DNA of 64,000 bases from an uncultured Veillonellaceae bacterium (GCA_963805085.1 CAWDTA010000005.1:96001-160000); one strand, 5' to 3'. Shown: positions 28,762 to 38,176, counted from the first letter of the stretch. The notes: a model not told the origin generated them from the sequence alone. Numbers and translations are program-made.

Positions 28762-29793
28762 ATGGGGTTAATAAAGATGATTGATGCAGATGAAATTCTA
28801 GTTCAACAATTGCTTTGTTTAAATCAACGGATTTGTAGCCACAAGTGTGCGAAGTGTCAAGCGGTATGTCCGCAAAATGCAATTGAAATGAATCAAAAAA
28901 CGGGCATAGTTACCTTGAACGGTGACTGTACAAATTGTGGTCTGTGCATAATAGAATGTCCAGCACAGGCAATTGGTTGGCAGAATATTATGCGATATTC
29001 TCTTAAAATTAACGACGGAGAAATAGAGATTTTTTGCACTGAAATAAAATGCGATGGTTATGCACCTTGTCTAGCTAATTTAAATGAATATGAATTAGCC
29101 TATTTAGCAGTTAAAGCAGAGGTGATTCTCTGTCTAGATCAGACCGCATGTGTAGAGTGTAGACCCAATATTGTCAAGCATCTTTATAAAATGGTGGAAC
29201 GTGTAAATTGTTTTTTAGCGAACCTTGATATCAAACCGATTACATTTTCCATGCGACAAAAAAAATCAGCAGAACAAATCAATCGCCGAGAATTGTTTAG
29301 CTTTGTATTAACAAAGTTAAAACAATCGATTTCTGAAGTTTTACCTATGGTTGAAAAACCATCAGATTATCGCAGTTTACTAGTAACTGAGTTGCAGCAG
29401 AGATTTACTGATGCGAAGGGAATGGCTGCTCCACTTTTTAAGGGGGCAAAAGGTTTTAATAACTGCACGATGTGTGGCACTTGTGTACGAGCATGTCGCA
29501 ATAAATCTTTGCAGATCGTAATGAATCAAGAAAAAAATCGCTCAGAATTGCTACATGATCAAACGCTCTGTACAGGGTGCAATGTTTGTTCGATCATTTG
29601 TCCAGAAAAAGCAATTGAAATTTCTGCAGGAAATAGCAGCTTAGAAAGTATCGGTAAAAATGAGCCGACACTAGTTATAGCAAAGCCACTAACGATTTGT
29701 GAAACATGTGGTAAAGCCATAATTGAAGAGGTTCAGGTGGTTTGTCAGGAATGTAGGCGGATACAAGATAAAAAGTTGCAAGATATTTATTAA
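28762..29793 (+). CDS. Polyferredoxin-like 4Fe-4S protein
   Basis: CAKCQAVCP, CTNCGLCIIECP, CTMCGTCVRAC, CTGCNVCSIICP and terminal CETC..CQEC. Confidence 0.85.
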   Translation: MGLIKMIDADEILVQQLLCLNQRICSHKCAKCQAVCPQNAIEMNQKTGIVTLNGDCTNCGLCIIECPAQAIGWQNIMRYSLKINDGEIEIFCTEIKCDGYAPCLANLNEYELAYLAVKAEVILCLDQTACVECRPNIVKHLYKMVERVNCFLANLDIKPITFSMRQKKSAEQINRRELFSFVLTKLKQSISEVLPMVEKPSDYRSLLVTELQQRFTDAKGMAAPLFKGAKGFNNCTMCGTCVRACRNKSLQIVMNQEKNRSELLHDQTLCTGCNVCSIICPEKAIEISAGNSSLESIGKNEPTLVIAKPLTICETCGKAIIEEVQVVCQECRRIQDKKLQDIY

Positions 29794-29889
29794 GTTGAAA
29801 CCGCGTACAAAAATTCTCCTATGTGATTTTTATCATTTCAATCATTCTATGATTTTGGTAAAATGATAAAATCGAATTTTACAATTTAA

Positions 29890-30010
29890 TCTATGCTCCG
29901 TGCAAAAATGTCTAAGGGCTACGCCTACGATGTTGCGCCTGAATGAGTTTTTCATTCACAGGGTAATGGGAGAAATACCATTGCCTTCCTAAGTTGAGAA
30001 GGAGAATTTG
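29890..30010 (+). ncRNA. Moco (molybdenum cofactor) riboswitch candidate
   Basis: ctccg..tctaag..ggg..gaaa..ccttcc..ggag layout upstream of moe/moa genes, followed by a terminator hairpin. Confidence 0.75.
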
Positions 30011-30031
30011 TCTATTTCATGTTTTGGCATG

Positions 30032-30079
30032 AAGGCTGTTTTCTTATACTCAATTTCGAGATAAAAAAGCAGCCTTTTT
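30032..30079 (+). terminator. Expression-platform terminator of Moco leader
   Basis: aaggctgtttt...aaaagcagcctt + T-run. Confidence 0.6.
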
Positions 30080-30112
30080 CTATGAAATTTGACTTGATGA
30101 GGAGTTTATAAA

Positions 30113-31138
30113 ATGAAAATCATAAAAACAGTAGATGCGGTTGGACATGTTTTGTGCCACGATATTACGCAGATTATTAAAGATATAACGAAAGATGTGC
30201 GTTTTCATAAAGGGCATATCGTAACAAAGGAGGACATTCCCGTTCTTTTGTCATTAGGAAAAGATCATCTGTATGTATGGGAAAAAAAAGAAGGTATGCT
30301 ACATGAAAATGAAGCGGCAGAAATTTTGCGAGAAATTTGTCAAAGTGAACATACGATAGCGTCAGAAGTCAAAGAAGGAAAAATTGAATTGTTTGCTGCT
30401 TGTGACGGTGTTTTGAAAATAGATATTGAAAGATTGAATAAAATCAATTGCTTAGATGAAATCATCATTGCCACGAGGCATAATAATACGCCGATAAAAA
30501 ACGGTGATAAATTAGCTGGCATGCGCGTTATTCCGCTAGTTGTTGCTGAAGAAAAAGTATCAGCGGCAAAAAAAATTGCCGGAGAAAAAAATATTTTAAA
30601 AGTATTGCCTTATCAAAACCTAAAAGTTGGAGTAGTTACCACAGGCAATGAAGTTTTTCATGGGCGAATTAAGGATACGTTTACACCAGTCATTGTCAAT
30701 AAATTAAAAACATATGGATTGGTTATGCAAGAGCATCTGCTCGTAAATGATGAACCGAAAAATATTACGAAAGCGATACGAGACCTTATTGGGAGTGAGA
30801 TGGAGCTGATTATATGCACAGGAGGCATGAGTGTTGATCCTGATGATATGACACCAGCAGCCATTAAAGCAACAGGAGCAGAAATTGTAACTTATGGGGT
30901 GCCTGTTTTGCCGGGAGCAATGTTTTTGTTAGCCTATGATAAAGGAAAGTTGCCGATTATGGGCTTACCGGGATGTGTAATGTATGCGAAGACGACGATT
31001 TTTGATTTGATCTTTCCTCGCATCGTAGCTGGAGAAAAGATCAATAAATTAGATTTAATGGGATTGGGCCATGGTGGGCTTTGCCTGGAGTGTACGGTAT
31101 GCACTTATCCAGCCTGTAGTTTTGGCAAGGGGGTATAA
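30113..31138 (+). CDS. Molybdopterin-binding protein (MoeA-like, clostridial type)
   Basis: AVGHVLCHDITQI, TTGNEV, CTGGMSVDPDDMTP, YGVPVLPGAMF, GLPGCVM, terminal CLECTVCTYPAC. Confidence 0.85.
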   Translation: MKIIKTVDAVGHVLCHDITQIIKDITKDVRFHKGHIVTKEDIPVLLSLGKDHLYVWEKKEGMLHENEAAEILREICQSEHTIASEVKEGKIELFAACDGVLKIDIERLNKINCLDEIIIATRHNNTPIKNGDKLAGMRVIPLVVAEEKVSAAKKIAGEKNILKVLPYQNLKVGVVTTGNEVFHGRIKDTFTPVIVNKLKTYGLVMQEHLLVNDEPKNITKAIRDLIGSEMELIICTGGMSVDPDDMTPAAIKATGAEIVTYGVPVLPGAMFLLAYDKGKLPIMGLPGCVMYAKTTIFDLIFPRIVAGEKINKLDLMGLGHGGLCLECTVCTYPACSFGKGV

Positions 31139-31142
31139 GCGG

Positions 31143-32348
31143 ATGGTTGGTATTGAATTAGAAGAGGCAATTACACTGCTTTTAAAAAATGTAAAGGAAA
31201 GTCGTGCGACTGAAACTATCCCTTTATTGGACGCTGTTGGTAGAGTCGTTGCTGAAGATATCTCGGCGCCAATCGACAATCCACCGTTTGATCGTTCTCC
31301 CTTAGATGGGTATACTTTCATTGCAAAACCTAGTGAGTTTGCGACAAAAGAGGAACCGATAAAGTTTGAAATTGTTGGTGAAGTTTGTGCTGGTCAGGTT
31401 TTTACAGAAAAAATAGGCATGCAGCAGGCTGTGCGTATTATGACAGGAGCACCGATACCATGTCCTTGCGATTGTGTAGTAAGACAGGAAGAGGTAAAAG
31501 CGGATGAGCATCATGTCTGGATTCCTATGCCAATGAAACCTTATGAAAATTATTGCTTTAAAGGTGAGGATTTCAAACAAAATACTTTACTTATTTCGTC
31601 AGGAAGCTTATTAACCGCTGCGCATATTGCAGCTTTAGCTAGTATTGGTGAGAAAAATGTGACGGTTTATAAAAAAATTAAAGTTGCTATTTGCAGTACT
31701 GGCGATGAGCTAATGGATGTAGGGCAAGGATTAGCTGTGGGGAAAATTTATAATAGTAATCTATACCTACTCGCGGCAAGGTTAAAAGAGCTAGGTTTTG
31801 AACCGATTGTTTTAGGGATTGTTGAAGATCATGTTGAAGCAGTGGCAAAAGTGATTCGTCAGCAGAGTGATAAATTTGAGCTATTCTTGACCACAGGTGG
31901 CGTATCGGTCGGAAAAAAAGACATCATGCATGAAGTGATTGAGCGGCTATCGGCAAAAAGACTATTTTGGCGTGTCAATATGAAGCCAGGCACACCAATT
32001 TTAAGTTATATATATCAAGAGAAGCTTTGTATTGGCTTATCGGGAAACCCGTTTGCAGCGTTAGCTACTTTTGAATTATTGGTGCGTCCAGTATTGGCAA
32101 AGTTAAGTCGTCATCATGAGATACAGTATAAGCGTGTCAAAGCTGTATTGCAGAATGATTTTCCCAAGAAAAGTCTGGGACGAAGATTTATTCGTGCGAC
32201 GTATGCTGAAGGAAAAGTGTATTTAGAGGCAAACAATCATTCGTCAGGCTCTTTGTTTTCAGCGGTTGGCTGTAATGCCTTTGTTGATATTCCGCCAGGA
32301 ACACCAGAGCTTATGCATGGGGCAGAAGTAGAAGTGGTGATTTTATAA
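31143..32348 (+). CDS. moeA: Molybdopterin molybdenumtransferase
   Basis: PPFDRSPLDGY, RIMTGAPIP, STGDEL, TTGGVSVG, MKPGTP, GLSGNP; ATG at 31143. Confidence 0.92.
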   Translation: MVGIELEEAITLLLKNVKESRATETIPLLDAVGRVVAEDISAPIDNPPFDRSPLDGYTFIAKPSEFATKEEPIKFEIVGEVCAGQVFTEKIGMQQAVRIMTGAPIPCPCDCVVRQEEVKADEHHVWIPMPMKPYENYCFKGEDFKQNTLLISSGSLLTAAHIAALASIGEKNVTVYKKIKVAICSTGDELMDVGQGLAVGKIYNSNLYLLAARLKELGFEPIVLGIVEDHVEAVAKVIRQQSDKFELFLTTGGVSVGKKDIMHEVIERLSAKRLFWRVNMKPGTPILSYIYQEKLCIGLSGNPFAALATFELLVRPVLAKLSRHHEIQYKRVKAVLQNDFPKKSLGRRFIRATYAEGKVYLEANNHSSGSLFSAVGCNAFVDIPPGTPELMHGAEVEVVIL

Positions 32349-32390
32349 ATCATATAATAGATTAAGTACTGCAGAGAAAGAGTGAATATT

Positions 32391-33356
32391 ATGCTTGATC
32401 AATTTGGACGAACAATAGATTATATAAGAATTTCAGTGACGGATCGCTGTAATTTGCGCTGTTCATATTGTATGCCGGAAAAAGAGGTAGAGCAATTTCA
32501 GTGCAAAGATTTATTATCCTATGAAGAAATTATTCGGTTATGTCATGTATTTGCTTTGCTTGGTATAAAAAAAATTAAATTAACGGGTGGAGAACCGTTG
32601 GTTCGACTCGATATATGTAAACTCATTGCTACGATTAAGGGGATTGCTGGAATCGAGCAGGTCACCGGTGTGTTGCTTTCAGCTATGGCAGAGGATTTAA
32701 TCAATGCGGGAATCGATGGCATTAATATTAGTCTAGACACGGTTAAAAAAGAAAATTTCAAACAATTGACGCGGCGAAATCATTTGGAGCAAGTGCTACA
32801 GGGCATTTGTAAATTAGTGCAAATGAAATATGAAAAAATTAAAATAAATTGTGTACCAATTACTGAGGTGAATGGTGATCAAATTGCTTACATTGCATCG
32901 CTTGCGAAAGAGTATCCTATTGCGGTTCGGTTTATTGAACTTATGCCAATTGGTATGGCAACAGGCTATACGGCAATTAACAAAGTGACACTTTTGCAGA
33001 TCATTCATAAAGCATATGGTGAATTAATTCCATGGAATGGTAATTTGGGCAATGGACCAGCAACGTATTTTTCAGCACGAGGATTTCGAGGGAAAATTGG
33101 CTTTATCGAAGCATTACATAATAAATTTTGCGGTCAATGCAATCGGGTTCGATTGACATCGAATGGGTTTTTGAAATTATGTTTGCAATATGATATGGGG
33201 ATAGATTTAAGACACCTCTTAAGAAATAATGCCGATGATACATATATTAGAAGAATAATCGAAAAAAATATATTTTCAAAACCTCGTGAACATCATTTCA
33301 ACGATAATACAATCACACAAATAGATCAACGTAAGATGTTTCAAGTAGGTGGCTAG
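32391..33356 (+). CDS. moaA: GTP 3',8-cyclase, with apparent 4-residue internal deletion
   Basis: YIRISVTDRCNLRCSYCMP, LTGGEPL, RFIELMPIG, FCGQCNRVRLT..G.LKLCL, C-terminal GG; conserved TTN missing before GVLL. Confidence 0.9.
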   Translation: MLDQFGRTIDYIRISVTDRCNLRCSYCMPEKEVEQFQCKDLLSYEEIIRLCHVFALLGIKKIKLTGGEPLVRLDICKLIATIKGIAGIEQVTGVLLSAMAEDLINAGIDGINISLDTVKKENFKQLTRRNHLEQVLQGICKLVQMKYEKIKINCVPITEVNGDQIAYIASLAKEYPIAVRFIELMPIGMATGYTAINKVTLLQIIHKAYGELIPWNGNLGNGPATYFSARGFRGKIGFIEALHNKFCGQCNRVRLTSNGFLKLCLQYDMGIDLRHLLRNNADDTYIRRIIEKNIFSKPREHHFNDNTITQIDQRKMFQVGG

Positions 33357-33361
33357 GAGGA

Positions 33362-33486
33362 GTGAAATTTACAAGACGATGGGGGACTGCATTATGCCGC
33401 GTGAAGGGATTTTTGTAAAAATACTTCATGGAGGGGTCATTTCTGCTGAGGATCAATTATACGTTTTGGAACCAAAATGTATTTAA
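33362..33486 (+). pseudogene. Remnant 3' end of MOSC-domain gene (deletion scar, possibly fused to a moaC start)
   Basis: Frame from 33364 reads EIYKTMGDCIMPREGIFVKILHGGVISAEDQL*, the C-terminus of clostridial MOSC proteins; RBS AGGAGG points to GTG 33362 in another frame. Confidence 0.7.
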
Positions 33487-33583
33487 AAAGTAGGACTCTG
33501 AAATGGAATAAATAATTAAAACATAGTTTAGATAGAGTTTGTTAGGTGCTGTTTGAACTTTTTTTATTTATTATAGAAGCTTA

Positions 33584-33620
33584 AAAACAAGGGAAAAACA
33601 AGGGGAAAACAAGGGGAAAA
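33584..33620 (+). repeat. Three tandem 11-bp direct repeats (aaaacaaggg[a/g])
   Basis: Units start at 33584, 33595, 33606. Confidence 0.8.
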
Positions 33621-33765
33621 TGGCTTTTTTATCATCTTGGGTGTAGTTACAAGATATATATTCCAAAATTTTAGTATACAAATTTACATAAATATATTAT
33701 AATGTAGGTGTCATCACAGTTGAGCTGTAAGATTTATCTCACATAATTAAATGGGGGGATCTTTT

Positions 33766-34005
33766 GTGGCAATAAAGAGCATTGAAATGGACCGTAAGGA
33801 TAGTAGTAGCTATCGTAATCTTTTGAAAAGGGGAGGTTTCATTTCCGCAAGTTATTTATCAGTCAGTGGTTTTGATGCATGTAGATTAAAGAAACTTGCC
33901 CAACAAGGCAAGCTAGATGCAGTCCGTTGTGCTATCGGTAATTCGGTTAGATGGTATTATTGTGAGAAACAAGCTGAGTTGGCTCATTTACGTGGTGAAG
34001 TTTAA
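33766..34005 (+). CDS. Small basic hypothetical protein, possibly excisionase/MerR-like DNA-binding fold
   Basis: GGGGGG RBS, GTG 33766, own terminator at ~34050; RLKKLAQQGKLDAVRCAIGNSVRWYY resembles Xis/HTH_17 wing. Confidence 0.65.
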   Translation: MAIKSIEMDRKDSSSYRNLLKRGGFISASYLSVSGFDACRLKKLAQQGKLDAVRCAIGNSVRWYYCEKQAELAHLRGEV

Positions 34006-34187
34006 AATAAAAAAATATATGCTGAAAAAGGCAATTAAATGATTATAATGGAATCGGCTTTGGTCGGTTCTACTTTTTTTTACTAGATTTTTCATGTCAT
34101 ATAGCGTAAAATAATGTAAATTATTATGTTTATTATTTTTCGAATTTTGAACATAATAAGCATAATGATTCGATTATGGAGGTAATT

Positions 34188-35363
34188 GTGAAAGGTCCAT
34201 CAATTCAAATTTTATTGTTAGCATCCTTGTTTATTATCGTTGTTTCTTATCTTTCTATTACATTAGCGATGCGCTTATTCCCAGTTTATCGAACGATAAA
34301 GTTAAAAAAGATATATTGGCTTTTAAACGTGTTAGCTTTTGCTGGTTTTGTGATTGTTCGAGGCATATTCGATACGTATTCTTTTTCTGGGATCATAGTG
34401 GAGCTCATTATTGCTTGGTTTATGGCGCAGTTATTTGCGCTACTCTTGTTACCGTTTTATTTTTTCATCAAGAAAGCTGTTTTAAAATATTTTAATACAG
34501 AAACGGTGGAGGTAGATATGACAAGACGTAGGTTAATTAAAGGAATTGCGATTTCATTGCCACTGGCTTCAATTGGGCTGAGTACTTATGGAGCTTTTTA
34601 TGGTAGTAAGCAGGTGGAAATATTGAAGCATACGATTATTTTACCTGATTTAGATACCACGTTAGAAAATTTCAAGATAGCACAAATTAGTGATGTTCAT
34701 CTGGGCTTATTTTTTTCAGTGCATAAATTCAGGAAGATTTTAGAGCGAGTTAAAGGAGAAAGTCCCGATGTTCTGGTTATCACGGGTGACCTTATTGATG
34801 AGGTTAGGATGCTAGATCAAACTGTAGCGCTGCTTAATGAATATGCGCCAGCTTTTCCGAAAGGCATTTATTTTTCGTGGGGAAATCATGAGTATTTTAA
34901 AAATTTTACGGCAATTAAAGCGGCGCTAGAAGCAAGTAAAGTAAAAGTATTAACAAATACGAATGAGTTACTGGTTGAAGCCAAGAAACCACTGTATTTA
35001 CTTGGCGTAGATTACCCTTGGACGGATCAAGCACAAGAACAGATTGAAAAATGTAAAGAGATGACAGCAGAAGCGATGCAAAATGTACCAGCTGGAGCTA
35101 CGAAGGTACTGCTTAGTCATCATCCGGCCTGTATTGATGCCGCTTATGAAAATGGCATTGATCTTACCTTAACAGGTCATACCCATGGTGGACAAGTTGC
35201 GGTTATGGGACAAACCTTATTGCCAGTACGTTATAAGTATATGCGTGGTATGTACAGAACCAATCATCGCTATGGATATGTCAGCACGGGCGCTGGTAGT
35301 TGGTTCCCATTTCGTATCGGATGTCCAGCTGAAGTTACGATTTTTACCTTGAAAACAAAATAG
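34188..35363 (+). CDS. Membrane-bound metallophosphoesterase (YkuE-like)
   Basis: SDVH, TGDLID, GNHE, LSHHP, TGHTHGGQ; three N-terminal TMs then TRRRLIK plus hydrophobic helix. Confidence 0.9.
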   Translation: MKGPSIQILLLASLFIIVVSYLSITLAMRLFPVYRTIKLKKIYWLLNVLAFAGFVIVRGIFDTYSFSGIIVELIIAWFMAQLFALLLLPFYFFIKKAVLKYFNTETVEVDMTRRRLIKGIAISLPLASIGLSTYGAFYGSKQVEILKHTIILPDLDTTLENFKIAQISDVHLGLFFSVHKFRKILERVKGESPDVLVITGDLIDEVRMLDQTVALLNEYAPAFPKGIYFSWGNHEYFKNFTAIKAALEASKVKVLTNTNELLVEAKKPLYLLGVDYPWTDQAQEQIEKCKEMTAEAMQNVPAGATKVLLSHHPACIDAAYENGIDLTLTGHTHGGQVAVMGQTLLPVRYKYMRGMYRTNHRYGYVSTGAGSWFPFRIGCPAEVTIFTLKTK

Positions 35364-35371
35364 AGAGAAGA

Positions 35372-35851
35372 ATGATGATGTCGATAGAAAGCGTAAAAGC
35401 ATATTTAAAACAATGGGATATGGATGGTAAGGTGCTAGAGTTCGCTAAGTCGAGCGCAACGGTGGACCTCGCGGCAGAGGCAGCTGGCGTTATCCCAGCA
35501 CGAATTGCAAAAACGATTTCATTTCAAGATGGTGAGGACGGTTGTATTTTAATCGCGACGGCAGGGGATACAAAAGTCGATAATGCTAAGTTTAAAGCCA
35601 AATTTGGCATAAAGGCAAAGATGCTAAAAGCAGAACAGGTAGTAGAACTTACAGGACATGCTATCGGTGGTGTTTGTCCATTTGCTATCACAAATCCAGC
35701 GACAAGAATATTTACGGATGTTTCACTGAAAAGATTTGATACCGTATTTCCCGCTTGTGGTAGTAGTAATAGTGCGATTGAACTAACTTGTGATGAACTC
35801 TTCAAATATGCCCAAAGTAATGAATGGGTAGATGTTTGTAAGGATTGGTAA
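35372..35851 (+). CDS. YbaK/EbsC family aminoacyl-tRNA deacylase
   Basis: SATVDLAAEA, RIAKTISF, GHAIGGVCPF, PACGSSNSAIEL. Confidence 0.9.
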   Translation: MMMSIESVKAYLKQWDMDGKVLEFAKSSATVDLAAEAAGVIPARIAKTISFQDGEDGCILIATAGDTKVDNAKFKAKFGIKAKMLKAEQVVELTGHAIGGVCPFAITNPATRIFTDVSLKRFDTVFPACGSSNSAIELTCDELFKYAQSNEWVDVCKDW

Positions 35852-35910
35852 TGCGATAAAAAATGGAGCTATGTATTTTTCATAGTTCCATTTTTAGGCT
35901 CACTTGCTTG

Positions 35911-36129
35911 TTAGAAATGATTGCCTCCGTAGGGGAGTGGGCGACAGACATATTTAGGGGAGCAGGTATAATAGTCGCGCCAACCATAGTACTGGCGCGG
36001 ACGACAGCCGAGTAGTGCGACGTCCGCTAGTGCAGCAATTGCGAAGGTTGGAGCGAAAGCAAGGCGACTATCCTGAGGAGGCATCGTATCTTCCCAGTCA
36101 ATAAATTCAGGGTCTTCATCGTATGGCAA
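35911..36129 (-). CDS. Small hypothetical protein (72 aa): acidic N-terminus, hydrophobic core, Tyr/Cys/Pro-rich tail
   Basis: AAGAAGGTG RBS before TTG 36129; convergent terminator at ~35858-35895. Confidence 0.55.
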   Translation of the reverse strand: MPYDEDPEFIDWEDTMPPQDSRLAFAPTFAIAALADVALLGCRPRQYYGWRDYYTCSPKYVCRPLPYGGNHF

Positions 36130-36289
36130 TTTTCTCACCTTCTTATAATGTTTTAGTATTGCAAAAAATTTATGAGTTACGTTATTATATGCAGTTTGCA
36201 AGTCGGAGGAACCTGATAACGTTTGCAAGTAAAGTGACTTATGTTAAAATAATAATCAAATATGATTTTAATAATAAGGATGGTTGAAA

Positions 36290-37012
36290 ATGGAACATAG
36301 ATTAACCAGAACTGAGTTGCTACTAGGCAGCAATGGAATAGAAAAACTGAAAAATAGTAAGGTTATGATTTTCGGGGTTGGCGGTGTTGGGAGTTTTGTA
36401 GTAGAAGCACTGGCACGTTCAGGGATAGGACATTTGGTATTGGTAGATAAAGATGATATTTCGATTAGTAATGTCAATCGTCAGCTTCCAGCAACCACTT
36501 TAACGGTAGGAAAATCAAAAGTTGAAGTGATGCGTGAGCGCGTCCTTTCGATTGCACCGGAAATTGATATCGTAGTTAGGCAAGAGTTTTATTTGCCAGG
36601 TATGGCGGATGATTTTTTGAAGACAGATTTGGATTATGTTGTCGATGCGATTGATAATGTAACAGCAAAGCTTGATTTGGCTGTGCAAACCAAAGAACGC
36701 AATATTCCTATCATTAGCAGTATGGGGGCGGGAAATAAGCTTGACCCAACGCGGTTTGAAGTTGCCGATATCAAGAAAACTTCTGTTTGTCCGCTAGCAA
36801 AAGTGATGCGACGAGAATTGAAAAAGCGTGGTGTAGATTCCCTCAAGGTTGTTTATTCGAAAGAACAGCCGTTGATTCCAATGCTGAAGAATGAAAATGG
36901 CGAAATGGTGCAGGCTGATTGTCCAGGAAGTATCGCTTTTGTCCCATCCGTAGTAGGCTTGATTATAGCTAGTGAAGTAATAAAAGATATCGTTTTTGAT
37001 CGATTGAACTAA
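36290..37012 (+). CDS. tcdA: tRNA threonylcarbamoyladenosine dehydratase (ThiF family)
   Basis: GVGGVGS..EALARSG, SNVNRQ, VVDAID, SSMGAGNKLDP, CPLAKVMR, GSIAFVPSVVG. Confidence 0.88.
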   Translation: MEHRLTRTELLLGSNGIEKLKNSKVMIFGVGGVGSFVVEALARSGIGHLVLVDKDDISISNVNRQLPATTLTVGKSKVEVMRERVLSIAPEIDIVVRQEFYLPGMADDFLKTDLDYVVDAIDNVTAKLDLAVQTKERNIPIISSMGAGNKLDPTRFEVADIKKTSVCPLAKVMRRELKKRGVDSLKVVYSKEQPLIPMLKNENGEMVQADCPGSIAFVPSVVGLIIASEVIKDIVFDRLN

Positions 37013-37065
37013 TAAGACTAAGAGTTATTGCAATGTGATTAGGCAATAACTCTTAGTCTTATTTA
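37012..37065 (+). terminator. 20-bp stem terminator
   Basis: ataagactaagagttattgc / gcaataactcttagtcttat. Confidence 0.7.
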
Positions 37066-37269
37066 TAGTCTTTTTAGATAGAATTTTTTGATATATGGAT
37101 TGCTTATGTGAGCTTTAGAATGCTAAGAATAAATTTTTCTTTTTAAAATAAAGATTGCGAAGAGCATAAAATAGTAATTAATTTATTTGGGTATACTGCA
37201 AATAATAGGTTGCAGTAGTATAATAATGCTAATATGAATTTACCGTAAGTTTTTAGGAGTTGAGCTTAT

Positions 37270-38019
37270 TTGGAAGAATTACTGCAGGATATGCTAATTT
37301 GGGTGGAAACATATATCAAAACGTTTTATACTGAAGACGAGGTTGTTCACAAGAATATCTTATTAAAAGAAGAACATACGAAGTATGTAGTAGAACATTC
37401 TCAGTCACTGGCAAAGGTGCTCAATTTTAATTATCATGATGAAATACTCGCGATGATGATTGGTTTGTTTCATGATATTGGGCGATTTAAGCAATATAGT
37501 ATTTACAAGACCTTTAATGACCGACGGTCAGAAAATCATGCATTGCTTGGTTTAAAGGAAATTGCAAATTTAGATTTGCTAAATAGGTTGAGTGATGAGG
37601 ATCGTGAGGCCTTTACGTTTGCCATTGCCAATCATAATGCGATTGAGATTGCTGAAACCAAGAATGAACGAGTGATCCTATTTGCAAAAGTGATTCGAGA
37701 TGCCGATAAATTAGATATTTATCGTGTACTGGAACCAACGTTAGAACCTTCTGATGGAACGGGGTATAGTGATAAGTTTATCCAAAGTTTCTTGAATGGT
37801 CAGCAATGTGATTACTCAGATATTAAAACTCAAGATGACCGGAAGTTAGTCAGGTTGCTCTGGATCTATAATATTTATTTTGCATGGACGATTCGCGAGA
37901 TTATTGCGCTTGGTTACGTGGAACAAATTTTAAGCTGTTTACCAAAAACAGATATTACACAACAAGGCATTGAAAAATTAGAAGCGTACATGTTAGAGAA
38001 GACAAAAGTGTCAGAATAG
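37270..38019 (+). CDS. HD-domain phosphohydrolase
   Basis: LKEEHT, LFHDIGRF.QY..Y.TF.D..S.NHA, AIANHN, IRDADKLDI. Confidence 0.88.
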   Translation: MEELLQDMLIWVETYIKTFYTEDEVVHKNILLKEEHTKYVVEHSQSLAKVLNFNYHDEILAMMIGLFHDIGRFKQYSIYKTFNDRRSENHALLGLKEIANLDLLNRLSDEDREAFTFAIANHNAIEIAETKNERVILFAKVIRDADKLDIYRVLEPTLEPSDGTGYSDKFIQSFLNGQQCDYSDIKTQDDRKLVRLLWIYNIYFAWTIREIIALGYVEQILSCLPKTDITQQGIEKLEAYMLEKTKVSE

Positions 38020-38176
38020 ACGTCTTTTGCATTAAAAATCCAGTATTAAGCAGGAATATGTCATGAAAGAACGAATATAAGCTATTTGTACTTAAAATTG
38101 AATAATTCATCAAGAGAATTATTTTTAAATTTAATATTTGCGAATGAAATAGATGAATAATGAAGGGGTAAGTTTT

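Noticed and set aside
29278-29304. NRRELFSF in the polyferredoxin as a Tat signal
   Set aside because: Internal and not followed by a hydrophobic helix
21290-33500. Genomic island integrated at tRNA-Leu
   Set aside because: Content looks accessory, but I saw no integrase and no duplicated tRNA 3' end
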